A stretch of DNA of 64,000 bases, from positions 372,001 to 436,000 of the forward strand of contig NZ_JMCB01000013.1 of the NCBI RefSeq assembly GCF_000737315.1, written 5' to 3'. This stretch comes from Hyalangium minutum. GTDB lineage: Bacteria; Myxococcota; Myxococcia; Myxococcales; Myxococcaceae. The notes beneath the pieces are model-generated. The model was not told the origin of the DNA. It ran no database searches and worked only from the letters and a program-made list of their open reading frames with translations. The translations under genes and the position numbers were made by a program. Positions 8,414-17,403 of this stretch are shown piece after piece (within the stretch, counting starts at the first letter, position 1; each line of letters starts with the position of its first letter).

Positions 8414-9732
8414 GCGAGGAGATGGACGACGTCCTGGCGGAGGTGAAGGCGGGGAAGGTGGCGCCGCTGTACCTGCTCTGGGGCGAGGAGTTCCTGGTGC
8501 GCAAGGGCGCGGACGAGCTGGTGAAGGCGCTCGTGCCGGACGCCTCCATGGGCCTGAACTACGCGGTGCTGGACGCGGGCTCTCCGCGCGAGGTGGCGCA
8601 GGAGCTGGCCACCCTGCCGTTGTTCCCAGGCCGCAAGGTGGTGTTGGTGCGAGACCCCGAGTTCCTCGCGCCAAAGAAGGGACGCGGGGACGCCCTGGGC
8701 AAGGCACGCGAGGCGTGGAAGGCGGGCAAGCGCAAGGAGGGCGCCCGCCGGCTGTTGGCGCTGGCGGCGCGGGCGGGGTGGGGCGTGGATCAGCTCGATC
8801 CCAGTGCGCCTGGGGCACCCTCGGTGGAGGAGTGGAAGTCCGAGCTGGACGTGGATCTGGCCGAGGTGGATCTGGCCTTCCTCAAGGAGGCTGCCGCGTT
8901 CTGCCGAGAGGAGCGCATCACCGCGCCCGAGGGCGATGCCTCGGCGCTGCTGGAGCTCTTCCAGAAGGGAGTGCCCAAGGGGCACGCGCTGGTGCTGGCC
9001 GCCACGGACGTGGATGCGAAGAGCCCGCTCCTTAAGCTCGCCAAGGACTCGGGCCACCTCATCGAGCGCAAGGTGGCCGCGCGCCACAAGGATCTGGATC
9101 TCTCGGAGATCGCCGTCGAGTTCCTCGCGCCCTTCAAGAAGAAGCTGGGCCGCGGGGCGCTGGAGCAGCTCAAGGAGCGCGTGGGTGGCAACATCCGCCT
9201 GCTGCAGTCGGAGCTGGAGAAGCTGGCCGTCTACGCGGGAGACAGCCCCTCCATCGAGGTCTCCGACGTGGCGCTGCTGGTGCACCACGCGCGCGAGGAG
9301 GAGTACTTCGAGCTGTCCGAGTCGCTCCAGAAGCGCGATCTGAAGGGCGCGCTGGGCTACGCCGAGGACGCGATGGGGCAGGGGACGCACGCGCTGCAGT
9401 TGCTCGGCGCGGTGGCCTCCATCGTTCGCGGGCTGCTGGAGAACCACGAGCGCATGAACCAGTACGCCAAAGGCTCGCCGCCGCGCTCGTTCGATGACTT
9501 CAAGTCGCGCATCTTCCCGAAGATCGAGCAGGAGGCGAAGGCCGGCAAGGGCCGGGCTCCGCACCCCTATGCCGCGTTCCTGAGCATGCAGGCCGCGGCG
9601 CGCTACGAGCGCCGGGAGCTGCTGCGCGGGCTGGTGGCCTGCGCGGAGGCGGATCTGGAGCTCAAGTCCTCGGCCAGCGGGAAGCTCGTCATCGAGCGCC
9701 TGCTCTGGACCCTCTGCGCCCGGCCCGCCTGA
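8410..9732 (+). CDS. holA: DNA polymerase III delta subunit, enlarged by an internal insertion
   Basis: GTG start overlapping the holB stop; PLYLLWGEEFLV, LPLFPGRKVVLVRD, ELEKLAVY, EADLELKSS. Confidence 0.85.
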   Translation: MSEEMDDVLAEVKAGKVAPLYLLWGEEFLVRKGADELVKALVPDASMGLNYAVLDAGSPREVAQELATLPLFPGRKVVLVRDPEFLAPKKGRGDALGKAREAWKAGKRKEGARRLLALAARAGWGVDQLDPSAPGAPSVEEWKSELDVDLAEVDLAFLKEAAAFCREERITAPEGDASALLELFQKGVPKGHALVLAATDVDAKSPLLKLAKDSGHLIERKVAARHKDLDLSEIAVEFLAPFKKKLGRGALEQLKERVGGNIRLLQSELEKLAVYAGDSPSIEVSDVALLVHHAREEEYFELSESLQKRDLKGALGYAEDAMGQGTHALQLLGAVASIVRGLLENHERMNQYAKGSPPRSFDDFKSRIFPKIEQEAKAGKGRAPHPYAAFLSMQAAARYERRELLRGLVACAEADLELKSSASGKLVIERLLWTLCARPA

Positions 9733-9753
9733 GCCTCTCTTCGAGCGCGGGCG

Positions 9754-11874
9754 TCAGCCCGCCTCGTCCTCACCCTCGGGGAGGATGACATCCCCCGCGG
9801 CGAGCCACTCCAGGGCCTGGAAGCGTCCATGGGCCAGCGCGAGCAGCGTGGCCAGTGCGTCATCGCTTAGCTCCTGCAGGCGCTTGCCTTGGAGGACGAG
9901 CCCCTCGCCGGGCTTGCCGGGCAGCAGCCCTTCTTCCTGGAGTTGGGTGACGAGGTGGCGCGACCAGTGGCGCAGGCCCTCCGCCGAGGCGCGCGCCTTC
10001 CCGTGCTTCGCCGCCGTGCCCCTGCGATCGAACCCCACCTCCTCAGCGGACTCGAGCAGCAGCTCCAGATCTGGATCGCCCTCGGCGATTGACGGATCGG
10101 CCGTGATGCCTCGCGCGAGAGACTCGTACCGGGCGCACTCCAGCAGCACCTCCCAGCGGTCGCGCTGCGCCTCGATCTCCTCGCCGAAGCGCAGCTCGGC
10201 GGACTCCAGGAAGGGCTGAGGATCCTTCAACAGCGGCAGACGCTCCAACAGCGGCGCTGCTTCCACCCGGGCGTCCAGGGGCGGCAGCTTCCCCTGCTTC
10301 AGGGCCCACAGGAGCAGGTGCAGCTCCTCGGCATTCCAGGAGATGGATTGCCGATCCTCCTCGGACCAGGTGCCGGGCTCGGACTCGAGCAGCTCCAGCC
10401 CCGTCACGCCCACGGTGGTGAAGAGCCCCTCTTCTTCCATCCACCGCTGGATCCGCAGGAGCTCCTCCCGGGCCGCCGCATCCTTGGCTCGCGCGAGCCG
10501 TTCCTCCAGTGCCAGACGGCGCAGCAGCCCTCCGATGACCAGGGCCCGTTGGGCCACAGCCGCGGGCTCCGGGGGCACCGTGGGGTCCCACTCCTCCTCG
10601 CCTTCCTCGCGGCTTCCCGCCAGGCCCACTGTTAGGAGTTCCAGCTCCTGGGTCGGGGTTCGGGTGAGCGGATCGACGGGGGGAATCTCCATCTCCCGCG
10701 TGACGGTGGCCGTCGTGATCGCGGGCATCTCCTCGATCGTCCTCACCGCCGAGGCATCGGCACGGGGGCGCTTCGCCTTGCGCGGCTGAGGCCTCGTGGG
10801 CAGCCCCTCGAAGTGATGGCGGTAGGGCGTGGCACGCAGCTTCTCGGTGAGCTCCACGAGCCGGGGATCCTCGCCCGCCGCTTCTGCCGCGGCCCGCGCC
10901 ACGGCTTGCAAGGCCTCCTCGCGCTCGGCCCCCTTCATCTCGATCAAGGTGGAAGGAGCGGCCTGGGGAAAGAGCGGCGCGAGCACCGCGAAGATCGCGG
11001 CGCGCTCTTCGCGTTCCTGCGCGGACAGAAGTTGCGCCAGCTCGCGGCCCAGCTTCTCCGGGGGGCTTTGGGAGAGGAACTCGATGAGCTCCTCCGCCAG
11101 CTCCGGCACGAAGTGCTGATGTCGGCCCAGCAGCGTGAGCAGATCCGCCCGGAGCTCCTCATCCGTCTCGTCTCCTCCCAGCAGCGTGTCCAGGCCGGAG
11201 AGCTGGAGCGCCTTTCCGAGCATCTCCTGGAGCGTGACGCCCTGCTCGGTGGCTTCGAGCTCCTCCCGAGAGAGCTCGACGAGCAGCCGCAGCAGCTCGC
11301 GAGCGGCGCGGGGCTCGCGCATCAGCGGGGCCGAGAGCACCGCATCCACCCGGCCTTCGGGGGACGCCAGGGCTCCGCGCCACCGGGCAAATGCCTCGGC
11401 CTCTCCCAGGGTGTGCAGCATGGCGGCGGCCCAAGCGCGAGCGGGCTCGTTCTTCGCGCTGAGCAGGGGCTTCAGCAGGGCGCGCAGGGGAGGGGGGCCG
11501 GGCAGGGCGAAGAGCACCTCGGCCGCGTCGCGCCGGACGTCCAGCGAGGGAGCGCTCAGGTACTGGGGCAGCTTCTCGAGCGCTGCTTTCTCACCCAGCC
11601 GCGCCAGTCCGGCGGCCGCTTGGACGCGCACCTGCGGATTTGAATCCTTCTCCCACGCGCGGCGGAGGGCCTGCGCGTGCTCCGGCCGGCCGAGCTTCGC
11701 CAGCCCGTAGGCTCCCCACCGGCGGACGGAGGCCTCCTGATCCTCGAGCGCCCGGATGAGGAACGGCGCCGTCTGGGGATCCTCCAGCTCGGCGAGCTCC
11801 AGCGCGGACGTCTCCCGCTCGGAGGCGTCCTCGGACTCGAGTTGCTGGCCCAACTCGCGGATGGCTTCATTCAT
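9754..11874 (-). CDS. HEAT-repeat protein with C-terminal DUF4272-like domain
   Basis: ALEDQEASVRRWGAYGLAKLG-type HEAT repeats; C-terminal ISWNAEELHLLLWAL and ALEWL segments resembling DUF4272. Confidence 0.7.
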   Translation of the reverse strand: MNEAIRELGQQLESEDASERETSALELAELEDPQTAPFLIRALEDQEASVRRWGAYGLAKLGRPEHAQALRRAWEKDSNPQVRVQAAAGLARLGEKAALEKLPQYLSAPSLDVRRDAAEVLFALPGPPPLRALLKPLLSAKNEPARAWAAAMLHTLGEAEAFARWRGALASPEGRVDAVLSAPLMREPRAARELLRLLVELSREELEATEQGVTLQEMLGKALQLSGLDTLLGGDETDEELRADLLTLLGRHQHFVPELAEELIEFLSQSPPEKLGRELAQLLSAQEREERAAIFAVLAPLFPQAAPSTLIEMKGAEREEALQAVARAAAEAAGEDPRLVELTEKLRATPYRHHFEGLPTRPQPRKAKRPRADASAVRTIEEMPAITTATVTREMEIPPVDPLTRTPTQELELLTVGLAGSREEGEEEWDPTVPPEPAAVAQRALVIGGLLRRLALEERLARAKDAAAREELLRIQRWMEEEGLFTTVGVTGLELLESEPGTWSEEDRQSISWNAEELHLLLWALKQGKLPPLDARVEAAPLLERLPLLKDPQPFLESAELRFGEEIEAQRDRWEVLLECARYESLARGITADPSIAEGDPDLELLLESAEEVGFDRRGTAAKHGKARASAEGLRHWSRHLVTQLQEEGLLPGKPGEGLVLQGKRLQELSDDALATLLALAHGRFQALEWLAAGDVILPEGEDEAG

Positions 11875-11923
11875 GGGCGCGGCAGTCTACCCGGGCCCCG
11901 GGCGGCCGCAGCCGGGTTCCTGC

Positions 11924-12313
11924 TCAGGGCGTGGAGGGCGAGGGCTCGTGCGAGCCTCCCAGCAACGTCCTGACCCGCGAGACGAGGTGATCATCGTCCC
12001 AGGGCTTGCTGATGAAGTGGGACACCGCCTGGGCGGAGGCCGTGGGAGAGCTGCTCCACAGGTCCGCATGGCCGGACAGCAGAATGCGCACGGCCCGGGG
12101 GGCCACCCGCAGCACCCGCTCCAGCAGCTCCGCGCCGTTCATCCCCTTCATCCGGAAATCCGAGATGACCAGATCCGGATCGAAGGTCACCAGCTTCTGG
12201 AGCGCCTCCTCCCCATTGAAGGCCACCTCTACGGCAAACCCCTCCCGACGGAACAGCCGCCGCAGCGCGCTGGCCACTTGGACTTCGTCGTCGACGATGA
12301 GGATCTTGGCCAT
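11924..12313 (-). CDS. Stand-alone response regulator receiver (CheY-like)
   Basis: ILIVDDE, DLVISDFRMKGMNG, ILLSG, FISKPW. Confidence 0.92.
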   Translation of the reverse strand: MAKILIVDDEVQVASALRRLFRREGFAVEVAFNGEEALQKLVTFDPDLVISDFRMKGMNGAELLERVLRVAPRAVRILLSGHADLWSSSPTASAQAVSHFISKPWDDDHLVSRVRTLLGGSHEPSPSTP

Positions 12314-12384
12314 GAAAGGACCCGGAGGGTGGCTAGCAAGCCGCGGGCCACCATGTCTCCCTGGGAAACCCCGCTAAAATCGCG

Positions 12385-12499
12385 GGTCATCTGTGACTCG
12401 TGAGTCTTATCTGCCTCCTGAGGGGTTGATCGGCATTTCCTGAGCAGTATTAACCGAATAGTTCCACTGAGAGACAATTTGGCCAGGTCATCTATGACC
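12385..12499. promoter_or_regulatory. Two copies of palindrome GGTCAT-CT-(A/G)TGAC(C/T) upstream of the response regulator
   Basis: ggtcatctgtgact at 12385-12398 and ggtcatctatgacc at 12486-12499 in an A/T-richer intergenic region. Confidence 0.4.
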
Positions 12500-12550
12500 C
12501 AATCCCCTTGTGGGGAGGCGCCTTCCCCAAAGTGTGGGGGAGAGTCCCCC

Positions 12551-13348
12551 TCACCGTGGTGCAAGCAGGCTCCAAAAGTCCCGGAATGCCGCATGGCACG
12601 GCGGTGCCTCTGAGGCCAGCAAATGCTCCACACGGCCTGCGGAAAGCGCAAGGAGGGCCGAGGAGCGCGTTCCATAGACCGGCGTGTGGATGCACAGCGC
12701 CTGGAGCTGCCGGGCCCACTCGCGCGAGAAGGGGGCATCGGGCGGAAGCGGTGGGAGCTGGTCGTCCGGAGGTAGGTCGTGGTCGGAGAGCACCTCTTGA
12801 AGCCGAGGGGCCAGCTCGGGCCAGGGGCGCCGGGCGTGCTCGGCGGCGAGGATCCGGGCGCGAGCCACCTTGGGTATCTCTGGGGTGTTGAGCGCGTCGT
12901 TGGGGAGGACGTGGATGCCGTCCGGCACGTCCTGACGCTCCAGCCGCTCCGAGGCGGGCCGGGCATAGGCGATTCGGAGCTGGCGGGCGTCTCCATACAG
13001 GAGATTGAAGGGAAGGAAATCCGTTGGATCGAGCAAGTCGAGATATTTCTCGGCGGCCTCCACGGAGCCGGAACGGAGCGTCTGGAGCACCACCTCGCCC
13101 CGCGAGCGGGCGGCCACGCCCAGGTTCTGCGCGCCGCGCTGATTCGTCAGCCCTACGAAAAAGCCCGTGTCCGTCACGCCCATCCACGTTCCGCCCCGGA
13201 CCTGGTCCAGGCCGGGGACGAAGATGCGCGGAGCGCCGGGCAGGAGCTGGGGGCCTGCGGTAGGTCGCTCGAAGAACTCATCCCGGTTGGCGGCGAGGAT
13301 GAGGGGCAGCTCCGGGTGGACGTGGCGAAGAATCAGGATGGAGCACAT
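12551..13348 (-). CDS. NRDE/TANGO2 family protein
   Basis: MCSILI...AANRDEFFERP, GGTWMG, TNQR, YGTRSS. Confidence 0.9.
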   Translation of the reverse strand: MCSILILRHVHPELPLILAANRDEFFERPTAGPQLLPGAPRIFVPGLDQVRGGTWMGVTDTGFFVGLTNQRGAQNLGVAARSRGEVVLQTLRSGSVEAAEKYLDLLDPTDFLPFNLLYGDARQLRIAYARPASERLERQDVPDGIHVLPNDALNTPEIPKVARARILAAEHARRPWPELAPRLQEVLSDHDLPPDDQLPPLPPDAPFSREWARQLQALCIHTPVYGTRSSALLALSAGRVEHLLASEAPPCHAAFRDFWSLLAPR

Positions 13349-13457
13349 CGTTTCGAGTCCATAACACCCGGGGGGATGGGCCTGCACGGCACCCTCATCA
13401 GCACCGATGACCCGGGGCAGTCGAGCGGCTACAGTCCGCCGCCCTTCAGGAGAGTTC

Positions 13458-15584
13458 ATGGCGGAGAAGATCCTCGTCACCAGCGCGCTTCCGTATGCGA
13501 ACGGCCCCATCCACATCGGCCACGCCGTCGAGTACATCCAGACCGACATCTACGTGCGCTTCCTGCGCTCCTGCGGCAAGGATGTCGTCTACTTCTGCGC
13601 GGACGACACGCACGGCACGCCCATCGAGCTGAGCGCGGCCAAGCAAGGGCTGAAGCCGGAGGAGTTCATCGCGGGCATCTACGCGCTGCACAAGCGGGAC
13701 TTCGAGGAGCTGGGCGTGAGCGTGGACTGGTTCCACTCCACCAACTCCCCGGAGAACCGCTCCTACGCCGAGCTCATCTACGGGCGGCTCAAGGAGAAGG
13801 GGGACATCGAGAAGCGCGAGATCGAGCAGACCTTCTGCGAGAAGGACCAGCGCTTCCTGCCGGACCGCTTCATCCGGGGCACGTGCCCCAACTGCAAGGC
13901 GCCGGACCAGTACGGGGACGCGTGCGAGAAGTGCGGCAAGGCGTACAGCCCCACGGACCTGATCGAGCCCAAGTGCGCGCTGTGCCAGACGCCGCCGGTG
14001 CGGAAGCACTCGACGCACCTGTTCTTCAAGCTGTCGCGCCACGAGCACTTCCTGCAGGACCTGCTGCAGAAGCCCGGCTTCCTGCACTCGGGGCTGGCCA
14101 CGCAACTGCAGGGCTTCTTCGAGAAGGGGCTGGCGGACTGGGACATCAGCCGCGATGGGCCGTACTTCGGCTTCGCCATCCCGGGTGAGACGGACAAGTA
14201 CTTCTACGTGTGGCTGGACGCGCCCATCGGGTACATCGCCACCACGGAGAAGTGGGCGAAGGAGACGGGGAAGGCGAAGAGCGCGCTGGACTACTGGAGC
14301 GCTGAAAGCCCTTCTCGCATCATCCACTTCATCGGCAAGGACATCGTCTACTTCCACGCGCTGTTCTGGCCTGCGGTGCTGAAGGTGGCCGGGCTGCACG
14401 TGCCCAACGAGATCAGGGTCCACGGCCACTTGACGGTGAACGGGGAGAAGATGTCGAAGAGCCGCGGCACGCTGGTGGCCGTGCGCACGTACCTGGACAA
14501 CCTGGATCCGAGCTACCTGCGCTTCTTCTATGCGGGGAACCTGGGGCCAGGGCCCGAGGACTTCGACCTGAACCTCAATGACTTCCGCCTGCGGGTGAAT
14601 GGCGAGCTGGTCAACAACGTGGGCAACCTGGCCAACCGGGCGCTGACGATGCTGGCCGGGCCGCTGGAGAAGCGGCTCGCGCCGGGCAAGGAGGGCCCGG
14701 GCAAGGCGCTGGTGGAGGCCGCGCTGGCCCGCGTCCCCGAGGTGCGCGAGGCGTTCGAGAAGCTGGAGTATCGCAGCGCCATCAAGATCATCGTGGAGAT
14801 CTCCCAGGCGGCGAACGGCTTCCTGCAGACGCAGGCGCCGTGGACCCAGATCAAGACGGATCCCGAGGCCGCGCGAGCGACGCTCTCGGACGCCGCGGAC
14901 GTCGCGTACCTGCTGGGCGCGCTGCTGACGCCGGTCATCCCCAAGGTGACGGAGAAGCTCTTCGCGCAGCTGGGAGCTCCGCCGCTCACCTTCGCCGCGC
15001 TGGAGACGGCGCGCTACCCGCTGCTGGATCGGAGCCGCCCCATTGGGACGCCCGAGCCGCTGCTGCCTCGGCTGGAGGAGGTGAAGGTGAACGCCCTCAT
15101 CCCGCCGTCGCCGGAGCAGGCGCCCGCGCAGGAGGCCCCGAAGAAGGGTGAGAAGAAGTCAGAGAAGAAGGGCGAGCAGAAGGCCGAGAAGAAGCTGGCC
15201 GAGGCGCCCGCCACGCAGGCCTCACCGGGAGCGGGAGCGGGTGCGGGCGGCGAGCCCGGGGAGATCGAGTACGACGACTTTGCGAAGGTGTCCCTCAAGG
15301 CGGGGAAGATCCTCGCCGCCGAGAAGGTGGCCGGGGCGGACAAGCTGCTGAAGCTCACGGTGGATCTGGGCGAGGCGGCGCCGCGCACCATCGTGTCGGG
15401 GATTGCGCTGGCGTACACGCCGGAGCAGGTGACGGGCCGGCGGGTGGTGGTGGTGACGAACCTGAAGCCCCGGAAGCTCAAGGGCATCGAGTCGAAGGGC
15501 ATGCTCCTGACGGCCGAGACGGGTGAGAAGGGCCTGTCGCTGCTGGATCCAGGGGATGTGCCTCCCGGCTCCCTGGTGAAGTGA
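13458..15584 (+). CDS. metG: Methionine--tRNA ligase with C-terminal tRNA-binding domain
   Basis: TSALPYANGPIHIGH, CPNC/CEKC zinc knuckle, KMSKS, C-terminal OB domain; RBS AGGAG before ATG at 13458. Confidence 0.97.
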   Translation: MAEKILVTSALPYANGPIHIGHAVEYIQTDIYVRFLRSCGKDVVYFCADDTHGTPIELSAAKQGLKPEEFIAGIYALHKRDFEELGVSVDWFHSTNSPENRSYAELIYGRLKEKGDIEKREIEQTFCEKDQRFLPDRFIRGTCPNCKAPDQYGDACEKCGKAYSPTDLIEPKCALCQTPPVRKHSTHLFFKLSRHEHFLQDLLQKPGFLHSGLATQLQGFFEKGLADWDISRDGPYFGFAIPGETDKYFYVWLDAPIGYIATTEKWAKETGKAKSALDYWSAESPSRIIHFIGKDIVYFHALFWPAVLKVAGLHVPNEIRVHGHLTVNGEKMSKSRGTLVAVRTYLDNLDPSYLRFFYAGNLGPGPEDFDLNLNDFRLRVNGELVNNVGNLANRALTMLAGPLEKRLAPGKEGPGKALVEAALARVPEVREAFEKLEYRSAIKIIVEISQAANGFLQTQAPWTQIKTDPEAARATLSDAADVAYLLGALLTPVIPKVTEKLFAQLGAPPLTFAALETARYPLLDRSRPIGTPEPLLPRLEEVKVNALIPPSPEQAPAQEAPKKGEKKSEKKGEQKAEKKLAEAPATQASPGAGAGAGGEPGEIEYDDFAKVSLKAGKILAAEKVAGADKLLKLTVDLGEAAPRTIVSGIALAYTPEQVTGRRVVVVTNLKPRKLKGIESKGMLLTAETGEKGLSLLDPGDVPPGSLVK

Positions 15585-16561
15585 GCGCCATGGACTGGCG
15601 GGCCGAGCGCGATCGCGCGCTGCTGGTGTTGGAGCGCGAGCAGCGTCCTCAGGCCCGCGCCGAGGCCGCGGCGGTGCTCAGTAGCCTCGTCGAGGAGGAC
15701 TTCTCGCGTGCGGCGGAGTTCTCCGCGGTGCTCACGCGGCTGCTCTCGGATGCGCACGGCGACGTGCGGCGTGCGGGCGTGCGGCTGGGAATGATGGTGC
15801 TGCCTCCCTCGGAGGTGGCCGGCATGCTCACCGCCCGGCTGTCGGATGCGGACGCGGGGGTTCGGCTGGAGGCCACGGGGCAGATCGCGGACCTCGCGCT
15901 TCCAGAACTGCGAGGCGCGCTGGCGCCCATGCTGGAGGACCCTTCACCCGAGGTCCGCTTTGAGGCGGCGCGGGGCATGGCGGCGCTGAAGCACAGCGCG
16001 GGGCTGGAGATCCTGGTGGCCGCGCTCGACGCAGACCTCCTGCGCTTCCGAGCGCTGGGGGCGTTGGCGGAGCTGGGAGATACACGCGCGCTGCCTGCGG
16101 TGAAGCGCCTCTTTGAAAAGTGGCTGCTGCCGCACTTCGAGCGCACCCAGGCTGCAGGAGTGCTGGCCAAGCTGGGGGATCCCGAGGGCGCAGCGCACCT
16201 GATGAAGCGGACGCAGAAGAAGTGGAGCCCGGATCGGCCGCTCGCGGTGGAGTTGTGCGGTGAGGTGAAGGCCCCGGGCGCGCTGGAGCGGCTGCGCGCG
16301 ATCTTGGAGGACCCGAAGGACGTCTGCCGAGGGGCTGCGGCGCGGGGACTGGGGCTGCTGGGAGATCCGAAGGCGCTGCCGTGGCTGTTGGTGCTGCTGG
16401 AGGACACGAGCGCGCACGAGGATTTCCGGCTGGACGCGGCGGAGGGCATCTGGCGGCTGGGGCTGCCCGAGGGCCATGCGCGCGTACGTGCCGCCGTTCC
16501 CACGTTTACTTCCCCCGAGGCTCGTGAGGAGCTCGCCGAGCTGTTGCAGGAGAAGCCATGA
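15581..16561 (+). CDS. HEAT-repeat protein
   Basis: Repeated LxDxxxxVRxxA motifs; start and stop overlap metG and tatD. Confidence 0.85.
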   Translation: MSAMDWRAERDRALLVLEREQRPQARAEAAAVLSSLVEEDFSRAAEFSAVLTRLLSDAHGDVRRAGVRLGMMVLPPSEVAGMLTARLSDADAGVRLEATGQIADLALPELRGALAPMLEDPSPEVRFEAARGMAALKHSAGLEILVAALDADLLRFRALGALAELGDTRALPAVKRLFEKWLLPHFERTQAAGVLAKLGDPEGAAHLMKRTQKKWSPDRPLAVELCGEVKAPGALERLRAILEDPKDVCRGAAARGLGLLGDPKALPWLLVLLEDTSAHEDFRLDAAEGIWRLGLPEGHARVRAAVPTFTSPEAREELAELLQEKP

Positions 16562-17334
16562 GACTCATCGACGCACACTGTCACCTGGAGCGCGCGGACT
16601 ATGAGGAGGTGCGGGCCGTGCTGGATCGGGCCCGGGCCGCGGGGGTGGTGCACGCGGTGGTGGTGGGGCAGTTTCAGGGGCCGGGAGATTGGGGCAACGC
16701 GGTGGAGCTGGCTGCGGCGCACTCGGACTTCCTGTCGCCCACGCTGGGCATCCATCCGCACGAGGCTGCCCGGGCGACCGAGGAGGACTTCGCCACGCTG
16801 GAGCGCACGTGCGCCCGGCCCGAGCTGCGCGCGGTGGGGGAGGCGGGGCTGGACTACTACTACGACCGCTCGCCTCGAGAAGTGCAGGCACAGGTGTTCC
16901 GGCGGCAGTGCGCGCTAGCGAAGACGTTGAACAAGCCCTTGGTGGTGCACGTGCGGGACGCCCACGAGGACTGCGAGGCGATCCTCCGCGAGGAGGGGAT
17001 TCGCCGTGGAGTGATTCACTGCTTCACGGGCGACACCGACGCGGCACGGCGCTACCTGGACCTCGGGTTCCACATCTCTCTGTCGGGCGTGGTGACGTAC
17101 AAGAAGACGGAGGCGCTGCAGGATGCGGTGCGCTTCACGCCGCTCGACCGCTTGATGGTGGAGACGGACAGCCCGTTCCTGGCGCCGGTGCCGCACCGCG
17201 GCCGCAAGAACGAGCCCGCGCACGTGGTGGAGACCGCGCGCAAGGTGGCGGAGCTGAAGGGCGTCACCCTGGAGGAGCTGGCGTCCATCACCACCGCCAC
17301 AGCCTCCAGTTTGTTTGGCCTTCGGGTGGCCTGA
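16558..17334 (+). CDS. tatD: TatD family hydrolase
   Basis: LIDAHCH, GIHPH, VGEAGLDY, VIHCF, ETDSPFLAP. Confidence 0.95.
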   Translation: MRLIDAHCHLERADYEEVRAVLDRARAAGVVHAVVVGQFQGPGDWGNAVELAAAHSDFLSPTLGIHPHEAARATEEDFATLERTCARPELRAVGEAGLDYYYDRSPREVQAQVFRRQCALAKTLNKPLVVHVRDAHEDCEAILREEGIRRGVIHCFTGDTDAARRYLDLGFHISLSGVVTYKKTEALQDAVRFTPLDRLMVETDSPFLAPVPHRGRKNEPAHVVETARKVAELKGVTLEELASITTATASSLFGLRVA

Positions 17335-17346
17335 GCGCTTGCCTCA

Positions 17347-17384
17347 GTCAGTGGGGCGTGACGTGCGGTCCACGCCCCACTGAC
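17347..17384. terminator. 14-bp perfect stem between convergent genes
   Basis: GTCAGTGGGGCGTG-acgtgcggtc-CACGCCCCACTGAC. Confidence 0.65.
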
Positions 17385-17403
17385 AGCCGTGCTACGGCTG
17401 AGA

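Noticed and set aside
5525-8818. 1097-aa minus-strand ORF and similar long ORFs (e.g. 19450-21123, 30705-32801, 36963-38177, 41492-42847, 53955-56294)
   Set aside because: Antisense or off-frame shadows of well-supported genes; P/R/A/G-rich without motifs, as expected in high-GC DNA.
12594-12608. sigma54 promoter TGGCACGGCGGTGCC
   Set aside because: GG-to-GC spacing is one base short, and it lies inside the 3' end of the NRDE gene.
13350-13457. T-box or SAM riboswitch upstream of metG
   Set aside because: The ~110-bp divergent gap shows no recognisable T-box or S-box motifs.
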